Below, piece by piece: positions 39,581 through 50,768 of a stretch of 64,000 nt of DNA. The stretch is from Alphaproteobacteria bacterium. GTDB lineage: Bacteria > Pseudomonadota > Alphaproteobacteria > UBA828. The position numbers were made by a program, and so were the translations under genes. The notes under the pieces were generated by a model, which was not told the DNA's origin, did not search any database, and saw nothing but the letters and a program-made list of their open reading frames with translations. Numbering within the stretch: position 1 is the stretch's first letter; each line of letters opens with the position of its first letter. The stretch spans positions 288,001 through 352,000 of the forward strand of contig CBDCQT010000010.1 in assembly GCA_965220745.1 (NCBI GenBank). Reading direction: 5' to 3'.

Positions 39581-42500
39581 CTATTCCGCGGCCTCGTCCG
39601 CTCCAGGGTCGTAGCCGTAATCCCGCGCGGCGTCGGCCTTGGTCAGGTAGCCGCGGCTGAGATCGGCGGCGACACGTGGGCGCGAACGCGCAAGCGGATC
39701 GCCGAGACCGCCGCCGCCTGGGGTTCGCACCTGCACTGTATCGCCCGGCGCCAGGTGGTAGCCCTCGCCCTTGGAGAGATGGGGGGGCTCCTCCACAACA
39801 TTGCCGCGGCGGACTTCGATTTGATTGCAGGCGCCCGGCAGGCCGCCCGCGAGCCCATGCGGACCGGTGCGGCCGTGGTCCATCATGAAGGACGCCTTGG
39901 CTTCGCCTCGTAGCAAGCGCACGCGGTAGCTCACGCCGAATCCGCCCCGGTGCCGCCCGGCACCGCCGGAACCCTCTCGCAGCGCGTATTCCTCGAACAG
40001 GATGGGATAGTGCTGCTCCAGGATTTCGGCCGGCTGGGTCTTGGAAATGCCGACAGACGAGCAGCCGTTGGTGAGGCCGTCGTCCTCCCACCAGCCGCCG
40101 TAACCGCCGCCCGAGAAGATGTACATGACGTAGCGGCGCCCCTCGGCAGGGTCTTCGCCGCCGAGACTGAAATTACCGCTGGTGCCCGCGGGCGCGGCGA
40201 ACATGCGTTCCGGCATGGCCTGGCCCATGGCGCCGAACACCGCCTCCATGATCCGCTGCGCCGTCTCCGCCGCGCAGCCCGAGACCGGCCTCGGGTACTC
40301 GGCGTAGAGGAAGGTGCCGTGAGGCGGCGTCACGTCGATGGGGCGGAAGCAGCCGGCGTTGATCGGCACGTCCGGGAAGATGTGCTTGATCGCGCAGTAA
40401 ACCGAGGCGAGCGTCGTCGCCCAAACCGAGTTGACCGGCCCCCGGCAGAGCGGGCTGGAATCCGATAAGTCCACGCTCAGGTCGCCGCCCTCCACCGTGA
40501 CCCTTGCGCGAACTTCCAGCGGTGCATCGTCGACACCGTCGGAATCCATGTAGCTGGAAAAGACATATTCGCCGTCGGGGACGGAGGCGATATGGGCGCG
40601 CATCCGGCGCTCCGAACGCTCCTTGAGCACCTCGATGGCGGCGTTCACGGTCTCCTCGCCATGCTTGTCCAGAAGCTGGGTCAGGCGGCGCTCGCCCACC
40701 GAGAGCGCGCCGATCTGGGCACGGATATCGCCGATGCGCTCCTCCGGCACGCGGATGTTGGCGAGCACGATCTGCATGATGTCGTCGTCGAGCACGCCGC
40801 GCCGGTGGAGCTTGACCGGTGGCAGCCTGAGGCCTTCCTGCTGGATCTCGGTCGCCTGGGAAGGGAAGCCGCCCGGTACCATGCCGCCGGTATCGGGCCA
40901 GTGGCCGGTGTTGGAGAGATAGGCCCAGAGCCGGCCCCTATAGAAGAAGGGCTTCACCATCTTGACGTCCATCAGATGGGTGCCGCCGAAATAGGGGTCG
41001 TTGACCATCACGATGTCGCCGGGCTCCAGGTCGTCGCGCGCCTCGATCACCGCCTGGGTGGTGGATTGCATGACGCCGAGGAAGATGGGCAGGCCGAGCT
41101 CGCCCTGCGCGATGATCTGACCGGTTTCGGGATCGTAGATGCCATTGGAGCGGTCGAAGCCCTCCGAGATCACCGGTGAGAACGAGGTGCGCTGGTGCAC
41201 CAGGTCCATCTCGCTCGAGACCTGCTGGAGGCCGCTCTCGATCACCGCAAGCGTGACCGGGTCGAAAGCGCCGGCGGCACCGGCTTGAGCCTCCTCCTTG
41301 GCTTGGGGCACGGTGAGGACAAGGTTGCCGAGGGCGTCTGAACGGGCCTCCGAACCGGGCTCTACCAGGATCGTGGTGTCGAGCTGTTGGATGACTGCAG
41401 GCCCGGTTAGCGCCGCTTCGGCCGGCAGCCGTTCGCGCTGATAAATGGGCGTATCGATCCAGGCGCCGTCGAAGTAGACCGGGCGGGTTTCGACCAGCGC
41501 CGCTTCCAACGTCGTTCCGGTCCTGTCGGCCGCGAGCGTGAGGTCGAGCGGCGGGCGGATGCCGCGCACGGTGGTCCGCAGGTTGACCAGGATCGGCTGC
41601 ATTTCCGGCAGCACAATGTCGAAGCGCTCGCGGTAGAGCGCCGCGAAGGCGTCGCGGACGGCCGCCGCGTCGAAACCCCCGTCCCCCACCGACACGCGGA
41701 AGACATGACTCTGCCCGCGGTAGAAGAGGTCCGCCTCGTGCGCCACCTCCACGGCAGCGACCGTCACGCCCTCCTGCGCGAGCAGGGCCCGGCCTTCCGC
41801 CGCCTGCTCTGCGAGGATGCGATCAGCCGCCACCGCGTCGACGTCTTCCAACGGCTGGTGCAGGGTGCGCACGAAGTCATGGCGCACGTCGGCGAGCACG
41901 CAGCCGAGCGCCGACGTGATGCCGGGGTAGCGCGGCACCAGCACGTGGGGCACGCCGAGCTCGCGGGCGATGGCCGTGGCGTGCATCGGCCCCGCGCCGC
42001 CGAAGGCGAAGAGGGCGAAGTCGCGCGGGTCGTGCCCCTTGTCCACGGAGACCAGCCGCGCCGCGCCCGCCATCTGATGGTCTACCACGCGCAGGATCGC
42101 GGCCGCGGCCTCCGCCTCGTCGAGGCCGAGCGGGTCCGCGATCCTTTCGCGTACGATCCGGCGCACCTCGTCCACGTCTGGCGGGCTGTCGAGGCCGCCG
42201 ATGGCGCCGGGGTCGATGCGGCCAAGCAACAGGTTGGCGTCGGTCACCGTGGGCTCCTGCCCGCCGCGGCCGTAGCAGATTGGCCCCGGCGCCGCGCCCG
42301 CGCTCACAGGGCCCACGCGCAGGATGCCGCCCTCGTCGACCCGCGCGATGCTGCCCCCGCCGGCGCCGATGGTCTGGATGTCCACCATCGGCACGCGGAG
42401 CGGCATGCCGTAGGCGATGTCCTTTTCGGTCGTCGTGACCGGCACGCCACCCTGGACGATGGCGATGTCGAAGCTGGTGCCGCCCATGTCGCAGCTGATG

Positions 42501-43348
42501 AGGTTGGGAAAGCCGGCAGCGGCGCCCAGGTGGGCGGCAGCGATGACGCCGGCGGCCGGCCCCGACATGACCGTCTGCACCGCCTTCTCGCCGGCGATGC
42601 CGGCGGTCATCATGCCACCGTTGCCCTGCATTACCAGCAGCTCGGACTCGACCGCGCCGGTCTTGAGCCGGCCCGCAATACGTTCGAGATAGCGGGTCAT
42701 GATGGGCTGGATGTAGCCGTTGAGCGCGGCGGTGCTGCCTCGCTCGAACTCCCGCACCTCGCGCAGGATGTCGGAGCCCAGCGTGATCAGGGCATCGGGC
42801 CAGACCTCACGGGCAATCGCGCCGGCCCGTCGCTCGTGATCGGGATTGAGGTAGGCGTGGACGAAGTGAATGACCAAAGCCTCGGCACCGGCCGCGCGCG
42901 CCGCCTCGACTGCCACACGGACCTCGTCTTCGTCGAGCGGGGTGACTACAGCGCCCGAGGCGTCAATCCTCTCCGCCACCTCGAAGCGGCGCTCGCGCGG
43001 CACGATGGGGGCGAAGCTGCCGAACATGCCCCACGGGTTGGGCCGCGTGCGCCGGCCGAGCTCCAGCGTGTCGCGAAAGCCCTGGGTGGTGACGAGCGCG
43101 CAGCGCACGCCCTTGCGCTCCAGCACGGCGTTGGTTCCGACCGTGGTGCCGTGAACGACCGTCTCGAACCCGCCTGCCGCCTCGCCGAGCGCGGCGAGGC
43201 CAGCCATGAAGCCGTCCGACTGGTCCGCCGGGGTGGACGGCACCTTGGCGATGCGCATGGCCGCCGAGTCCGGATCGACCAGCAGCAGGTCGGTGAAGGT
43301 GCCGCCGACATCGACCCCGAGTCGGCCGCGCGCGGATGCCTCACTCAT
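39581..43348 (-). CDS. Fused hydantoinase A+B / 5-oxoprolinase-like protein (~1255 aa)
   Basis: DVGGTFTD, DMGGTS, then DPVTL, NDPYFGGTH, GHWPDTGG, TPGGGG; ATGA overlap with the upstream gene. Confidence 0.93.
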   Translation of the reverse strand: MSEASARGRLGVDVGGTFTDLLLVDPDSAAMRIAKVPSTPADQSDGFMAGLAALGEAAGGFETVVHGTTVGTNAVLERKGVRCALVTTQGFRDTLELGRRTRPNPWGMFGSFAPIVPRERRFEVAERIDASGAVVTPLDEDEVRVAVEAARAAGAEALVIHFVHAYLNPDHERRAGAIAREVWPDALITLGSDILREVREFERGSTAALNGYIQPIMTRYLERIAGRLKTGAVESELLVMQGNGGMMTAGIAGEKAVQTVMSGPAAGVIAAAHLGAAAGFPNLISCDMGGTSFDIAIVQGGVPVTTTEKDIAYGMPLRVPMVDIQTIGAGGGSIARVDEGGILRVGPVSAGAAPGPICYGRGGQEPTVTDANLLLGRIDPGAIGGLDSPPDVDEVRRIVRERIADPLGLDEAEAAAAILRVVDHQMAGAARLVSVDKGHDPRDFALFAFGGAGPMHATAIARELGVPHVLVPRYPGITSALGCVLADVRHDFVRTLHQPLEDVDAVAADRILAEQAAEGRALLAQEGVTVAAVEVAHEADLFYRGQSHVFRVSVGDGGFDAAAVRDAFAALYRERFDIVLPEMQPILVNLRTTVRGIRPPLDLTLAADRTGTTLEAALVETRPVYFDGAWIDTPIYQRERLPAEAALTGPAVIQQLDTTILVEPGSEARSDALGNLVLTVPQAKEEAQAGAAGAFDPVTLAVIESGLQQVSSEMDLVHQRTSFSPVISEGFDRSNGIYDPETGQIIAQGELGLPIFLGVMQSTTQAVIEARDDLEPGDIVMVNDPYFGGTHLMDVKMVKPFFYRGRLWAYLSNTGHWPDTGGMVPGGFPSQATEIQQEGLRLPPVKLHRRGVLDDDIMQIVLANIRVPEERIGDIRAQIGALSVGERRLTQLLDKHGEETVNAAIEVLKERSERRMRAHIASVPDGEYVFSSYMDSDGVDDAPLEVRARVTVEGGDLSVDLSDSSPLCRGPVNSVWATTLASVYCAIKHIFPDVPINAGCFRPIDVTPPHGTFLYAEYPRPVSGCAAETAQRIMEAVFGAMGQAMPERMFAAPAGTSGNFSLGGEDPAEGRRYVMYIFSGGGYGGWWEDDGLTNGCSSVGISKTQPAEILEQHYPILFEEYALREGSGGAGRHRGGFGVSYRVRLLRGEAKASFMMDHGRTGPHGLAGGLPGACNQIEVRRGNVVEEPPHLSKGEGYHLAPGDTVQVRTPGGGGLGDPLARSRPRVAADLSRGYLTKADAARDYGYDPGADEAAE

Positions 43349-44301
43349 GGGTTGCCGCCTGCGCCCGTCTCGGGCGCCGGCAGCCCCAGGCCCTCCATTG
43401 CATCGCGCATCAGCTCCAGCGCCATGCGCAGCAGGCGGTAGGAGGCCTCGGCGGTCATGAAGGCGGCGTGGGGCGTCAGCGTCACGTTCTCCAGCGCCGC
43501 CAGGGGATGGCTCCCGTCGATCGGCTCGTCGGCGAAGACATCGAGCCCGGCGGCGCGGATCCTGCCGTCCCGCAACGTGTCGATCAGGGCCGCCTCGTCG
43601 ATGACCGCGCCACGCGCGGTGTTGATCAGCATGGCATCGGGGCGCATCAGGGCGAGGCGGCGCGCGTCGATGATGCCCCTGGTCTCGTCGTTGAGGCCGA
43701 GATGAAGCGAGACAACGTGGGATTCCGCAAGAAGCGCATCGAGGGTCTCGACCGGAATGCACTGCAGGTCTGCCGGCAGGCCGCTCCGGTTCCAGGCGAT
43801 GACGTTCATGCCAATCCCGTTGCCGAGGCGCACCATCTCGCGGCCGACGCCGCCGGTGCCGACCACGCCCAGGGTCTTGCCGGCGAACTCGACGCCGTCC
43901 AGCGTGCGCCAGGAGCCGGCGCGTAGCGCGCGATCCATCCGCGCGGTCTGGCGGCCGCAATCGAACATGAGCGCGAGCGCGTGCTCGGCCACGGTGACGT
44001 CGCCATAGCCCTTGATGGTGCGCACCTCGATGCCGAGCTTTCGCGCCGCCGCCACGTCGATGTAGCTCGAGGCGCCTGTGCCCATGAAGACGATGACCTT
44101 CAGCGCGCGGCAGGCGGCAAGCACGTCCTCCGGCATGTAAGTGTGATCGTTGATGACGCCGACCGTATCGCCGACGTAGGCCGCGACGTCATCGCCCGGC
44201 ACGTCGTCGATGGTCATGGCCAGGTCGGGGACGATCGCCTTGAGCTCGTCGTCGTAGAGCTCGGCCAGGAACGAAGGACAGTCGAAGAAGATCGCGCGCA
44301 C
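43345..44301 (-). CDS. D-2-hydroxyacid / phosphoglycerate dehydrogenase-like protein
   Basis: VGTGGVG, INTARG, AGLDVF, LTPHAA. Confidence 0.9.
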   Translation of the reverse strand: MRAIFFDCPSFLAELYDDELKAIVPDLAMTIDDVPGDDVAAYVGDTVGVINDHTYMPEDVLAACRALKVIVFMGTGASSYIDVAAARKLGIEVRTIKGYGDVTVAEHALALMFDCGRQTARMDRALRAGSWRTLDGVEFAGKTLGVVGTGGVGREMVRLGNGIGMNVIAWNRSGLPADLQCIPVETLDALLAESHVVSLHLGLNDETRGIIDARRLALMRPDAMLINTARGAVIDEAALIDTLRDGRIRAAGLDVFADEPIDGSHPLAALENVTLTPHAAFMTAEASYRLLRMALELMRDAMEGLGLPAPETGAGGNP

Positions 44302-44381
44302 CGCTCGCCTCCGGGATCGCTATGTGCGGCCGATTGTAGCAGGCACGGTAGCCGCGAGCGCGACCGGGCGTGCGGCGCCGA

Positions 44382-45389
44382 TCACGAGGCGCCCTCGGCA
44401 CGCCGCGGGGCGCCGGCCGTACGGCGCCGGGCGCCGGTGTTGACCAGCCAGATGCCGACCACCATGCACGCGAGCGCCCCCCACACCCAGATGCTGAGGG
44501 ATTCGTCGAAGAGAATGAGCGCCCAGAAGATGCCAGCGGCCACCACCAGATAGTTGAACTGGGCGAAGAAGACCGCGCCGGCGCGCCGCGTTACCTCCTG
44601 GAAACAGTAGAAGGTGACGCAGTGGATCCCTGCGGCCCAGGCCATGCCGGCAATGCCCGGCCAGCCGGCATCGGCGAAGAGATAGGGGCCGTCCGCCACC
44701 AGCATCACCGGCAGCATGACGACCGCGGCGGCGAGCAGGATGCCGCAGGCGAGCGCGAGCGAGTGCGTCTGCGGCGGGCGGTAGGCGGCGGCCACGACGT
44801 TGGAGCCCGCAGCCGCGATCGCAGCCACCAGCGCCACCAGCATCCAGACCCAGGCGCCGGCCTCTGGCAGGCTCTGCTCGGGCAGCACGATCAGCAGCAC
44901 GCCGCCTGCGCCGAGGGCGAGGCCTGCGAGGCTCAGCGCCTCGAAGCGCTCCATCCGTATGGCGAAGGACATGAGATACGTGACCCCCGGCACCAGGGTC
45001 AGCACCAGGGTGATGACCCCGGCCGGAAGCTCGCGGGCGGCGAAGGCGGTCGCCAGCACCGGCAGCATCACCGCGAGCAGAGCGAGGCGAAGGTATTGCA
45101 GCAGGTGTGCCCGGCTTACGGGCGGCAGATTGCGGGTGACGGCACCCACGATCAGCAGCGCGAGGCCGGCGAAGAGCGCGATCCAGAAGGTGTAGGCGAA
45201 GACCGGGAAGGAGACCCCGGCCGCAAGCTTGTTGGCCGAGAAGATGCCGCCGTACGAGATGCCGCCGAGGAGGAGCAGCAGCGTGGGCACGATGAGCGCG
45301 CGTCCGCGCAGGCGTCCCGTATCGGCCGTGCCTCTATCCGGCGCGCCGCCTTGGTTGGCGTTATTGTTCTCTGACGGCGCTGCCGGCAT
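44382..45389 (-). CDS. DMT/EamA family transporter
   Basis: About 10 hydrophobic helices in two EamA-like repeats; start uncertain. Confidence 0.85.
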   Translation of the reverse strand: MPAAPSENNNANQGGAPDRGTADTGRLRGRALIVPTLLLLLGGISYGGIFSANKLAAGVSFPVFAYTFWIALFAGLALLIVGAVTRNLPPVSRAHLLQYLRLALLAVMLPVLATAFAARELPAGVITLVLTLVPGVTYLMSFAIRMERFEALSLAGLALGAGGVLLIVLPEQSLPEAGAWVWMLVALVAAIAAAGSNVVAAAYRPPQTHSLALACGILLAAAVVMLPVMLVADGPYLFADAGWPGIAGMAWAAGIHCVTFYCFQEVTRRAGAVFFAQFNYLVVAAGIFWALILFDESLSIWVWGALACMVVGIWLVNTGARRRTAGAPRRAEGAS

Positions 45390-45487
45390 CGGCCGCACGG
45401 TAGCGGCGAGGTGTGGGCCTTGGCAAACCCGTGCGGCGGGTCTACATCGTCGATGTTGGTCTATGCACCGTATTGAAGGCGCGAGCG

Positions 45488-45718
45488 ATGGCGGACCTCA
45501 CAGTCCGAAACGTCAGCAGGGAAATGGTCGACGCCCTCAAGCGCCGCGCCGCCGACAACGGACGGTCCGTGGAGGCGGAGCACCGGGAAGTGCTGCGTTC
45601 GGCCCTGCTAGGAGAGAACCAGGACTTCGCCGCGCGAGCGCGAGCATTACGGCAACGGCTACACTCGTCGGTCGACAGCGCCGAGGCGATACGGGCAGTG
45701 CGCGACGGTGCGTCATGA
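45488..45718 (+). CDS. FitA-like ribbon-helix-helix antitoxin/regulator
   Basis: MADLTVRNV...LKRRAADNGRSVEAEHREVL. Confidence 0.85.
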   Translation: MADLTVRNVSREMVDALKRRAADNGRSVEAEHREVLRSALLGENQDFAARARALRQRLHSSVDSAEAIRAVRDGAS

Positions 45719-46938
45719 TCACCTCGCTTCGACTCATCGACTTCAAGAACTTCGCCGACGAAACGTTACGCGTTGGCCCCTTCACCGTCATCGTCGGAGC
45801 CAATGCCAGTGGCAAGAGCAACATCCGGGACGCATTTCGCTTCCTCCATGGCATTGGACAGGGCTATACGCTCGCCGAGATTATCGGCGGAAAACACGCC
45901 GGCAGACCGTTCGAATGGATGCCGATTCGGGGCGCTCCACGTGAAATTGCGCGGGTGAAAGACGATGTCTTCGCACTAAGCGTGATGGTAAAGCGGGAAA
46001 ATCTTGAACTAAACTATTTTGTTGGTCTAGCTCCACAATTGCTTGGAGACAGTGGCCTTAGAATCGGAAGAGAAACTCTGAAAGTCGGGGATTCAATAGT
46101 ATACAGAAGAGCAATGAAGAATTTCGAAGGAGAACTTGCAGATACATTCCAGTCTGTTGAAGATTTGTTTCGAAATGACCAACCAATACTAACTCAAATC
46201 CAAAAGCTGACAATTGGTCAGACCTCTCGCAGTCCTGTTAATGAAACATTGGAATCTCTGGCCAACATTCGCTTTCTTGATCTGGTGCCGGATCGCATGA
46301 GGCAACCCTCGATTCCGGGCCTGACCGTCTTGGGTGACAGTGGAGAGAATCTGCCCACCGTCCTGCAAGCGCTGTGCGCAGATTCCAAGAGGAAAGAAAC
46401 ATTTGCCGCGTGGACCCGCGAGTTAACTCCCATGGACGTCAAAGACTTCGACTTTCGCGAAGGTCCGGACGGCAAAGTGCATCTAATCATCAAGGAAAAG
46501 AGCGGCCGTGAGATATCCGCCCATAGCGCGTCGGACGGTACCTTGCGTTTTCTCGCAATGCTTGCCGCGTTGCTCGGCCCTGACCCTGCACGCCTCTACT
46601 TCTTCGAGGAAATCGACAACGGCATCCATCCCTCGCGGCTTCACCTGCTGATCGATTTGATCGAACGGCAGACCGCAAAGGGCCAGACTCAGGTGATCGC
46701 CACCACCCATTCGCCGCAACTGCTCTCCATGATCGGCGACACCACGTTCGAGAACACGTCCGTCGTCTGTCGTCTTGAGGATACGGAGGATGCCATCATC
46801 CGTCCGGTCGCCGATCTGCCCAACGCTCGAAAACTGCGCACGGACCAAGGATTGGGGCAGCTTCTTGCCGGGGGCTGGATGGAAGACGCGCTTGCCTTCA
46901 CCGAAGAGAACAAAGATTCGGGAATGGACCCTGAATGA
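45715..46938 (+). CDS. ABC/SMC-like ATPase (AAA_21 type)
   Basis: GANASGKS Walker A, SDGTLR signature, FFEEIDNGIHP Walker B, TTHSP; ATG overlaps the FitA stop. Confidence 0.9.
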   Translation: MITSLRLIDFKNFADETLRVGPFTVIVGANASGKSNIRDAFRFLHGIGQGYTLAEIIGGKHAGRPFEWMPIRGAPREIARVKDDVFALSVMVKRENLELNYFVGLAPQLLGDSGLRIGRETLKVGDSIVYRRAMKNFEGELADTFQSVEDLFRNDQPILTQIQKLTIGQTSRSPVNETLESLANIRFLDLVPDRMRQPSIPGLTVLGDSGENLPTVLQALCADSKRKETFAAWTRELTPMDVKDFDFREGPDGKVHLIIKEKSGREISAHSASDGTLRFLAMLAALLGPDPARLYFFEEIDNGIHPSRLHLLIDLIERQTAKGQTQVIATTHSPQLLSMIGDTTFENTSVVCRLEDTEDAIIRPVADLPNARKLRTDQGLGQLLAGGWMEDALAFTEENKDSGMDPE

Positions 46939-47504
46939 AGGTTCTCATCATTCCCGAAGATTTCCGCAACGATCAACATTTGCTGAAGCCTTTGTTCGAA
47001 AGGCTCTTTCGATCCATCGGCAGGCGAAATGCGCGTGTCCGCGTTTGCCGGGAGCCACTGCTCGGCGGCGTTAGAGAGGCACTTAAGTCGGACCGCTTGG
47101 CACAGATCGTAGACCGCTATGATGGAATGATAGATATCTTCATTCTGTGCGTTGACCGCGATGGCGACGAGGGCCGGCGTCAAAGGCTCGACGACATCGA
47201 GGCGGAGTTTGGAGAAGACCGGAGCTTCTTCGCCGAGAACGCCTGGGAGGAGATCGAGACGTGGGTTCTGGCCGGCTTGAATTTACCTGCAGACTGGGCT
47301 TGGGCGGACGTTCGCGCGGAAATCCACGTCAAAGAACGGTACTTCAACGTTCTGGCTAGGGAGCGGGGCATCGCCGACCGCCCCGACGGAGGCTGCGAAG
47401 AACTCGGACGAGAGGCCGCGCGGCGTATTCCCGCGATTCGACAGAAATGCCCGGAGGACTTCGACGCTCTTGCCCGGCGCATCGAGGCCGAAGTCGCTGC
47501 GTAG
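46935..47504 (+). CDS. ATPase-partner protein, TOPRIM-like (DUF4276/RloB-like)
   Basis: IIPED..D, VDRD, EEIETW acidic pattern; ATGA overlap. Confidence 0.65.
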   Translation: MKVLIIPEDFRNDQHLLKPLFERLFRSIGRRNARVRVCREPLLGGVREALKSDRLAQIVDRYDGMIDIFILCVDRDGDEGRRQRLDDIEAEFGEDRSFFAENAWEEIETWVLAGLNLPADWAWADVRAEIHVKERYFNVLARERGIADRPDGGCEELGREAARRIPAIRQKCPEDFDALARRIEAEVAA

Positions 47505-47528
47505 GGCCCGCGGCGGGCGATCACGGCA

Positions 47529-48674
47529 TTAGAAACACGCCTCCAACAGCTTCCGCGTGTTCTCCGCCGTCATGGGGACCGGGTTGCCGCCCGCCGTGGG
47601 ATCGTCGAGTGCCATGGCGGTGAGGTCGTCCAAACGGTCGGCGGTGACGCCCATCGCGCTCAGCGTCTTGGGGATGCCCAGGGTCTCGCGCAGCTCCAGC
47701 ACCCGGTCATGGAAGGCCGGGTAGCCGCCCTTGATACCGAGATAGGCGGCGGCATGCGTGAGCCGCTCCTCCACCGCCGGCCGGTTCATGTCGAGCACGT
47801 AGGGCATGACACAGGCGTTGGTGGTGCCGTGGTGAGTGTCGAACACCGCGCCCACCGGGTGGCTCAACGCGTGAATCGCGCCGAGGCCCTTCTGGAACGC
47901 GGTCGCCCCCATGCTGGCGGCCGCCATCATGTGGCCGCGTGCCTCCAGATCGCCGCCGTCGGCGTAGGCGCGGCTCAGGTTCTCGTGGACGAGACGCATC
48001 CCCTCCAGCGCGATGCCCTGCCCCATGGGGTGATAGAAGGGCGAGCAATAGGCCTCCAGGCAGTGGGCCAGGGCGTCCATTCCCGTGCCTGCCGTGATCG
48101 GCTTCGGCATGCCGACGGTAAGCTCGGGGTCGGCGATCACAACCACGGGCAGCACCTTGGGGTGGAAGATGATCTTCTTCACCCGCGTCTCGGAGTTGGT
48201 GACGACGCTGGCGCGGCCCACCTCGGACCCGGTGCCGGCGGTGGTGGGCACCGCCAAGCTCGGAGCGATGGCATCCGCGTCCGCGCGGGTCCACCAGTCG
48301 CCCACGTCCTCAAAATCCCAGACCGAGCGGGTCTGGCCGGCCATGAAAGCGACCATCTTGCCCAGGTCCAGCGCCGAGCCGCCGCCGAAGGCAACCACGC
48401 CGTCATGGCCGCCCGCACGATAGGCGGCGACGCCGGCATCGAGGTTCTTCTCGGTGGGATTGGGGTCGACCTCGGTGAAGGCCGCACGACCGAGACCGCC
48501 TTCCTCCAGGATATCAAGGGCAGCCTGCGTCATCGGCAGCGATGCCAGGCCTCGGTCGGTCACGAATAGCGGCCTTTGGATGTTTGCATCGGCGCAAGCG
48601 GCCGGTAGTTCCGCAACGCGGCCCGCGCCGAAGCGAATGGCGGTGGGGTAGGACCAGTTGGCGGTGAGCGTCAT
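47529..48674 (-). CDS. Iron-containing alcohol dehydrogenase
   Basis: GGGSALD, PTTAGTGSE, DALAH, HALSH, HHG. Confidence 0.93.
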   Translation of the reverse strand: MTLTANWSYPTAIRFGAGRVAELPAACADANIQRPLFVTDRGLASLPMTQAALDILEEGGLGRAAFTEVDPNPTEKNLDAGVAAYRAGGHDGVVAFGGGSALDLGKMVAFMAGQTRSVWDFEDVGDWWTRADADAIAPSLAVPTTAGTGSEVGRASVVTNSETRVKKIIFHPKVLPVVVIADPELTVGMPKPITAGTGMDALAHCLEAYCSPFYHPMGQGIALEGMRLVHENLSRAYADGGDLEARGHMMAAASMGATAFQKGLGAIHALSHPVGAVFDTHHGTTNACVMPYVLDMNRPAVEERLTHAAAYLGIKGGYPAFHDRVLELRETLGIPKTLSAMGVTADRLDDLTAMALDDPTAGGNPVPMTAENTRKLLEACF

Positions 48675-48721
48675 GGCGTGACTTTCTGGACGTTGGGGAA
48701 GCCCGGCGCAGTGGACCCGGA

Positions 48722-49252
48722 TTAGCCGCCCTCTGGCAAGGCCGCTCTCGATACCGCCTCGGCGACGACCGCGAGGGGCAGGATGAGCTTGAGCGGATCG
48801 TCGAGCAGGGGCACGGCGCCGAACCGCTCATACCACCGCACCGCGTTCCGGTCCTTAGCGTCGATGGCAAGAGCGACACCCCCCACCTCTGCCGCGACGG
48901 CAAGAGCCCGCACGCCGGCGGCCAGCAGCAGGTCGCCTCCGAGCCCCCTGCCCTGCACGGATCGATCGATCGCGAGGCGCGCGAGGCGAAAGACAGGCAC
49001 ATCGTAGCGGCCGAGCTTTCTAGTCAAGGCGCCGGGCACGTCGGCGAACGCGATGGCGCCGGGGCTGATCGTGTAGAAGCCGAGCACGCGAGCCGGCGCG
49101 GCCGGAGACACGGCAACGAAGGTCTTGGCGCCGCCTGACTCGTGGTTCTGCCGGGCGTAGCGGCGGAGATAGGTGTTCAGGTCCTCATCCCCGCAATCGA
49201 AGCTCTTGCGGTCGTGATGGCGGCCGATCGGCTCTTCCCGCCAGTCCAGCAA
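48722..49252 (-). CDS. GNAT acetyltransferase toxin (TacT/AtaT-like)
   Basis: FDCG...LN.YL, RLAIDRSVQGRGLG, WYERFG. Confidence 0.9.
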   Translation of the reverse strand: MLDWREEPIGRHHDRKSFDCGDEDLNTYLRRYARQNHESGGAKTFVAVSPAAPARVLGFYTISPGAIAFADVPGALTRKLGRYDVPVFRLARLAIDRSVQGRGLGGDLLLAAGVRALAVAAEVGGVALAIDAKDRNAVRWYERFGAVPLLDDPLKLILPLAVVAEAVSRAALPEGG

Positions 49253-49257
49253 CGGGC

Positions 49258-49536
49258 TCAGGAGCGTGCAGCGCGACGCCGTGCGGCTGCCATCAGGGCG
49301 GGGGTTGGCTCAGGCGGATTCTCGAGGAGCGCCAGCACGCGCTCGCTGTCGCGCTCGGAGAGAACGATACGTTCGGCGCGATCCACCGCTTCCCGCGCGG
49401 CGGGCAGCGCGTTGCGCATGATGAAGCTGGTGAGGTCCAGCCGCTCGTGAGCGGCGGCGGCACTCAGCAACCGCTTCTCTTCGCTGGTCGCCCGAAGCTC
49501 GATGCGCTCCTCGCGCGGGGCGGTGTTCGCCGGCAT
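49258..49536 (-). CDS. DUF1778 (TacA/AtaR-like) antitoxin
   Basis: ERIELRAT.EEK..L..AAA, IVLSERD....ALLENPPEP.PAL. Confidence 0.92.
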   Translation of the reverse strand: MPANTAPREERIELRATSEEKRLLSAAAAHERLDLTSFIMRNALPAAREAVDRAERIVLSERDSERVLALLENPPEPTPALMAAARRRAARS

Positions 49537-49631
49537 GACCCCCTCGACGACGTCCCTGACGTACGGATGACATACGGACAATTCGGCGTCCGTCAAGTCC
49601 TAATCGTTTGCCGCATGAGCCGCCTGCAGCG

Positions 49632-50768
<1,137 letters not shown>

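Noticed and set aside
43349-43960. N-terminal 204 aa of the 1459-aa ORF
   Set aside because: Overlaps the dehydrogenase in another frame; the real start is the ATG at 43348
45229-45714. N-terminal extension of the ATPase ORF
   Set aside because: Overlaps the EamA and FitA genes; the family-typical start MITSLRL is at 45715
48722-49536. GNAT-DUF1778 pair as a novel system
   Set aside because: Well-described type II toxin-antitoxin family
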